DNA of 28,093 bases from Chloroflexota bacterium (GTDB lineage Bacteria; Chloroflexota; Dehalococcoidia; Lucifugimonadales; UBA3495): assembly GCA_022561675.1 (NCBI GenBank), contig JADFQT010000001.1, forward strand, positions 1-28,093. Direction: 5' to 3'. Positions within the stretch are counted from its first letter, which is position 1; each line of letters opens with the position of its first letter. Position numbers and translations under genes: made by a program. Shown here in pieces: positions 26,287 to 28,093 of the stretch. The notes beneath the pieces are model-generated. The model had not been told where the DNA came from. It saw nothing but the letters and a program-made list of their open reading frames with translations, and made no database searches.

Positions 26287-26346
26287 AACTATCTCAAAGG
26301 GTCACCCCGAGCCCTTTGAATTGACATGGGCCGGTTAGAGATAAAT
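26287..26346 (+). repeat. 60-bp palindromic intergenic element, copy D
   Basis: AACTATCTCAAAGGGTCACCCCGAGCCCTTTGAATTGACATGGGCCGGTTAGAGATAAAT, collinear with copy A. Confidence 0.75.
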
Positions 26347-26386
26347 TTTTAGCATGAACGGCTGATTCTCGCGCAACCTTTTTGAC

Positions 26387-27970
26387 CTATTCCAGGAAAT
26401 CCCGCAGCTTGCGGGAGCGGGTCGGATGTCGCAGCTTGCGCAGCGCCTTGGCTTCGATCTGACGGATCCGCTCCCGGGTCACGCCGAACTCCCTTCCCAC
26501 CTCTTCCAAGGTCCGGCTGCGGCCGTCTTCCAATCCGAATCGCAGTTGGAGAACCCGGCCCTCCCGGTCGCTCAGGGTACCGAGCACTTCCTCAACCTGC
26601 TCCTTCAGCAACTGGAAGGAGGCGGCATCGGCCGGCGCCGTCGCGTTGCGATCCTCAATGAAGTCGCCCAAATGGGAGTCCTCCTCCTCGCCAATAGGGG
26701 TTTCCAATGAAACGGGTTCCTGGGAGATTTTCAGGATCTCTTCCACCTTCTCCGGCCCAATTTCCATGGCTTGACCAATCTCTTCCGGCGTGGGCTCCCG
26801 GCCGTACTCTTGCAAAAGGCGACGATGCTGGCGCATCAGCTTGTTGATGGTTTCCACCATGTGGACCGGTATCCGGATGGTCCTGGCCTGATCCGCGATG
26901 GCCCGGGTTATCGCCTGCCTGATCCACCAGGTCGCGTAGGTGCTAAATTTATAGCCCTTGCGATAATCGAACTTTTCCACGGCCCGAATCAGGCCGATGT
27001 TTCCCTCCTGAATCATATCCAGCAAGGCCATGCCGCGCCCAATGTACTTCTTGGCTACGCTCACCACGAGTCGGAGGTTGGCTTCGGTCAGATGGGTTTG
27101 GGAGCGGGCACCTTCCGCTCGTATTCGACCAAAACTCCTCCGGAACAGCGGGTCCAACTCCGACAGGCGGGAGTAGGTGCCCGTCTCGTTTAAGACAGCA
27201 TCTAGCTGAGATATGGTACAGTCCCCGGTGATGTCCAGGGCCTCGGTAGGAAGGATCCAGGAGAATAAGGAAAGGTTGACGATCTTGGGGCGGGTCTCCT
27301 CTTCCGACTCCACCAAGGTTCCCGCCACCTGGGCCAAAAGCTCCAGAGATATCTCGGCGTCGATGGCGTCCCGAAGGGTGGGGTTCTCTATAATTTGAGA
27401 CAGGGTTGGGGCTTCGGGCAATTCCAGATATTGGGACAGCGCGACTACCAGGGGAGCGGCGTTGACAAAGCGGCGGAGCAGAGCGGCGGTACATTCCCAA
27501 GGCCGGGGCGGCCGACCCTCCTGTTCGGTAAGCTCCTTTTCCAGGGCGATCAGATGCTTTTCACCCTCCAGCTTGCGCGCCAGCACCCGCTCATCCTTGG
27601 ATGTAAGCAGCCGCACCCGACCGATTTCCCGGAGATACATTCGTACCGGATCGTCCAGCACCTCCAGGGTTTCCGTCTCGGCTTCCCACTCGGCTTCTTC
27701 GTTCTCTATGTCGGTGTCGGCGGGACCTTCTTCCGTGGGTTTTTCCGAATCGGAATCCCCAGAGGCATCGTCCCACTGGTCTTCCGGCGTATCTACCTCC
27801 GCATCGGCGGGTGCGCCGCCCATGGGGCTGGACTTGACCAGACCGTCTCCTTCCTCCTCATCCTCCACGCGGGTAATGATTCCCAGCAGATTGGGTTGCT
27901 CTCCCGGCTCTTCATTTTCTTCAATGAAGTCCTCGGGGTTCAGTTCACGCTTGGTACTCCGTCTTACCAT
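26387..27970 (-). CDS. rpoD: Primary sigma factor RpoD/SigA
   Basis: [74 protein letters not shown]. Confidence 0.98.
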   Translation of the reverse strand: MVRRSTKRELNPEDFIEENEEPGEQPNLLGIITRVEDEEEGDGLVKSSPMGGAPADAEVDTPEDQWDDASGDSDSEKPTEEGPADTDIENEEAEWEAETETLEVLDDPVRMYLREIGRVRLLTSKDERVLARKLEGEKHLIALEKELTEQEGRPPRPWECTAALLRRFVNAAPLVVALSQYLELPEAPTLSQIIENPTLRDAIDAEISLELLAQVAGTLVESEEETRPKIVNLSLFSWILPTEALDITGDCTISQLDAVLNETGTYSRLSELDPLFRRSFGRIRAEGARSQTHLTEANLRLVVSVAKKYIGRGMALLDMIQEGNIGLIRAVEKFDYRKGYKFSTYATWWIRQAITRAIADQARTIRIPVHMVETINKLMRQHRRLLQEYGREPTPEEIGQAMEIGPEKVEEILKISQEPVSLETPIGEEEDSHLGDFIEDRNATAPADAASFQLLKEQVEEVLGTLSDREGRVLQLRFGLEDGRSRTLEEVGREFGVTRERIRQIEAKALRKLRHPTRSRKLRDFLE

Positions 27971-27977
27971 CTGGTTA

Positions 27978-28093
27978 TCACCTTCCGCTTAATGTTTTCC
28001 GGTCCAACCAACTACGGGTGCTCTCATTGCCCTTGATACGCTGATTGACGTCAAGTATGGCGGGGTTGGGCTCTTCGAGGATGTCCGGCTGCT
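27978..28093 (-). CDS. 3' end of the upstream gene, possibly DNA primase (partial)
   Basis: Open frame from the window edge ([37 protein letters not shown]) ending 7 nt before rpoD; dnaG identity rests only on the common dnaG-rpoD synteny. Confidence 0.45.
   Translation of the reverse strand, partial: QPDILEEPNPAILDVNQRIKGNESTRSWLDRKTLSGR

Noticed and set aside
12674..26346. Repeat copies as a CRISPR array
   Set aside because: Copies are dispersed over kilobases in both orientations, with no regular spacers and no cas genes.
28046..28055. Palindrome TTGACGTCAA upstream of rpoD
   Set aside because: Lies within the open frame of the upstream gene and no convincing -10 was found at proper spacing.

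Overview
GC-rich bacterial chromosome segment. Gene content and order suggest Chloroflexota, probably Dehalococcoidia/SAR202-like (inference from thiL-tsaE-tsaB-ndk synteny, luciferase-like monooxygenase, paired amidases, thiolase/DUF35, sortase and an RpoD with a large insert). Housekeeping blocks (lipoprotein, rsfS, ndk, tsaB, tsaE, thiL, gltB-gltD, pyk at 1-12.5 kb; glmU, CBS/CorC transporter, sortase, small Zn-ribbon protein, rpoD, probable dnaG end at 22-28 kb) flank a ~9 kb accessory/catabolic block (LLM monooxygenase, GNAT, VOC, DUF35, thiolase, two amidases with a small AtzG/GatC-like partner). Notable features: (1) a DUF4258/DUF2283 toxin-antitoxin pair wedged between the two amidases, with an in-frame TAG in the toxin; (2) a nested family of palindromic intergenic elements (two collinear 60-bp copies and a ~200-bp copy with TATCTC...GAGATA-type ends, plus a related TGTCA...TGACA REP); (3) a CTG start codon for rsfS; (4) five in-frame micro-duplications inside conserved enzymes; (5) a near-leaderless thiL operon and a Rex/CRP-like box before gltB. 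No rRNA, tRNA, CRISPR array or transposase was seen. All family assignments are by motif recognition, not database search.
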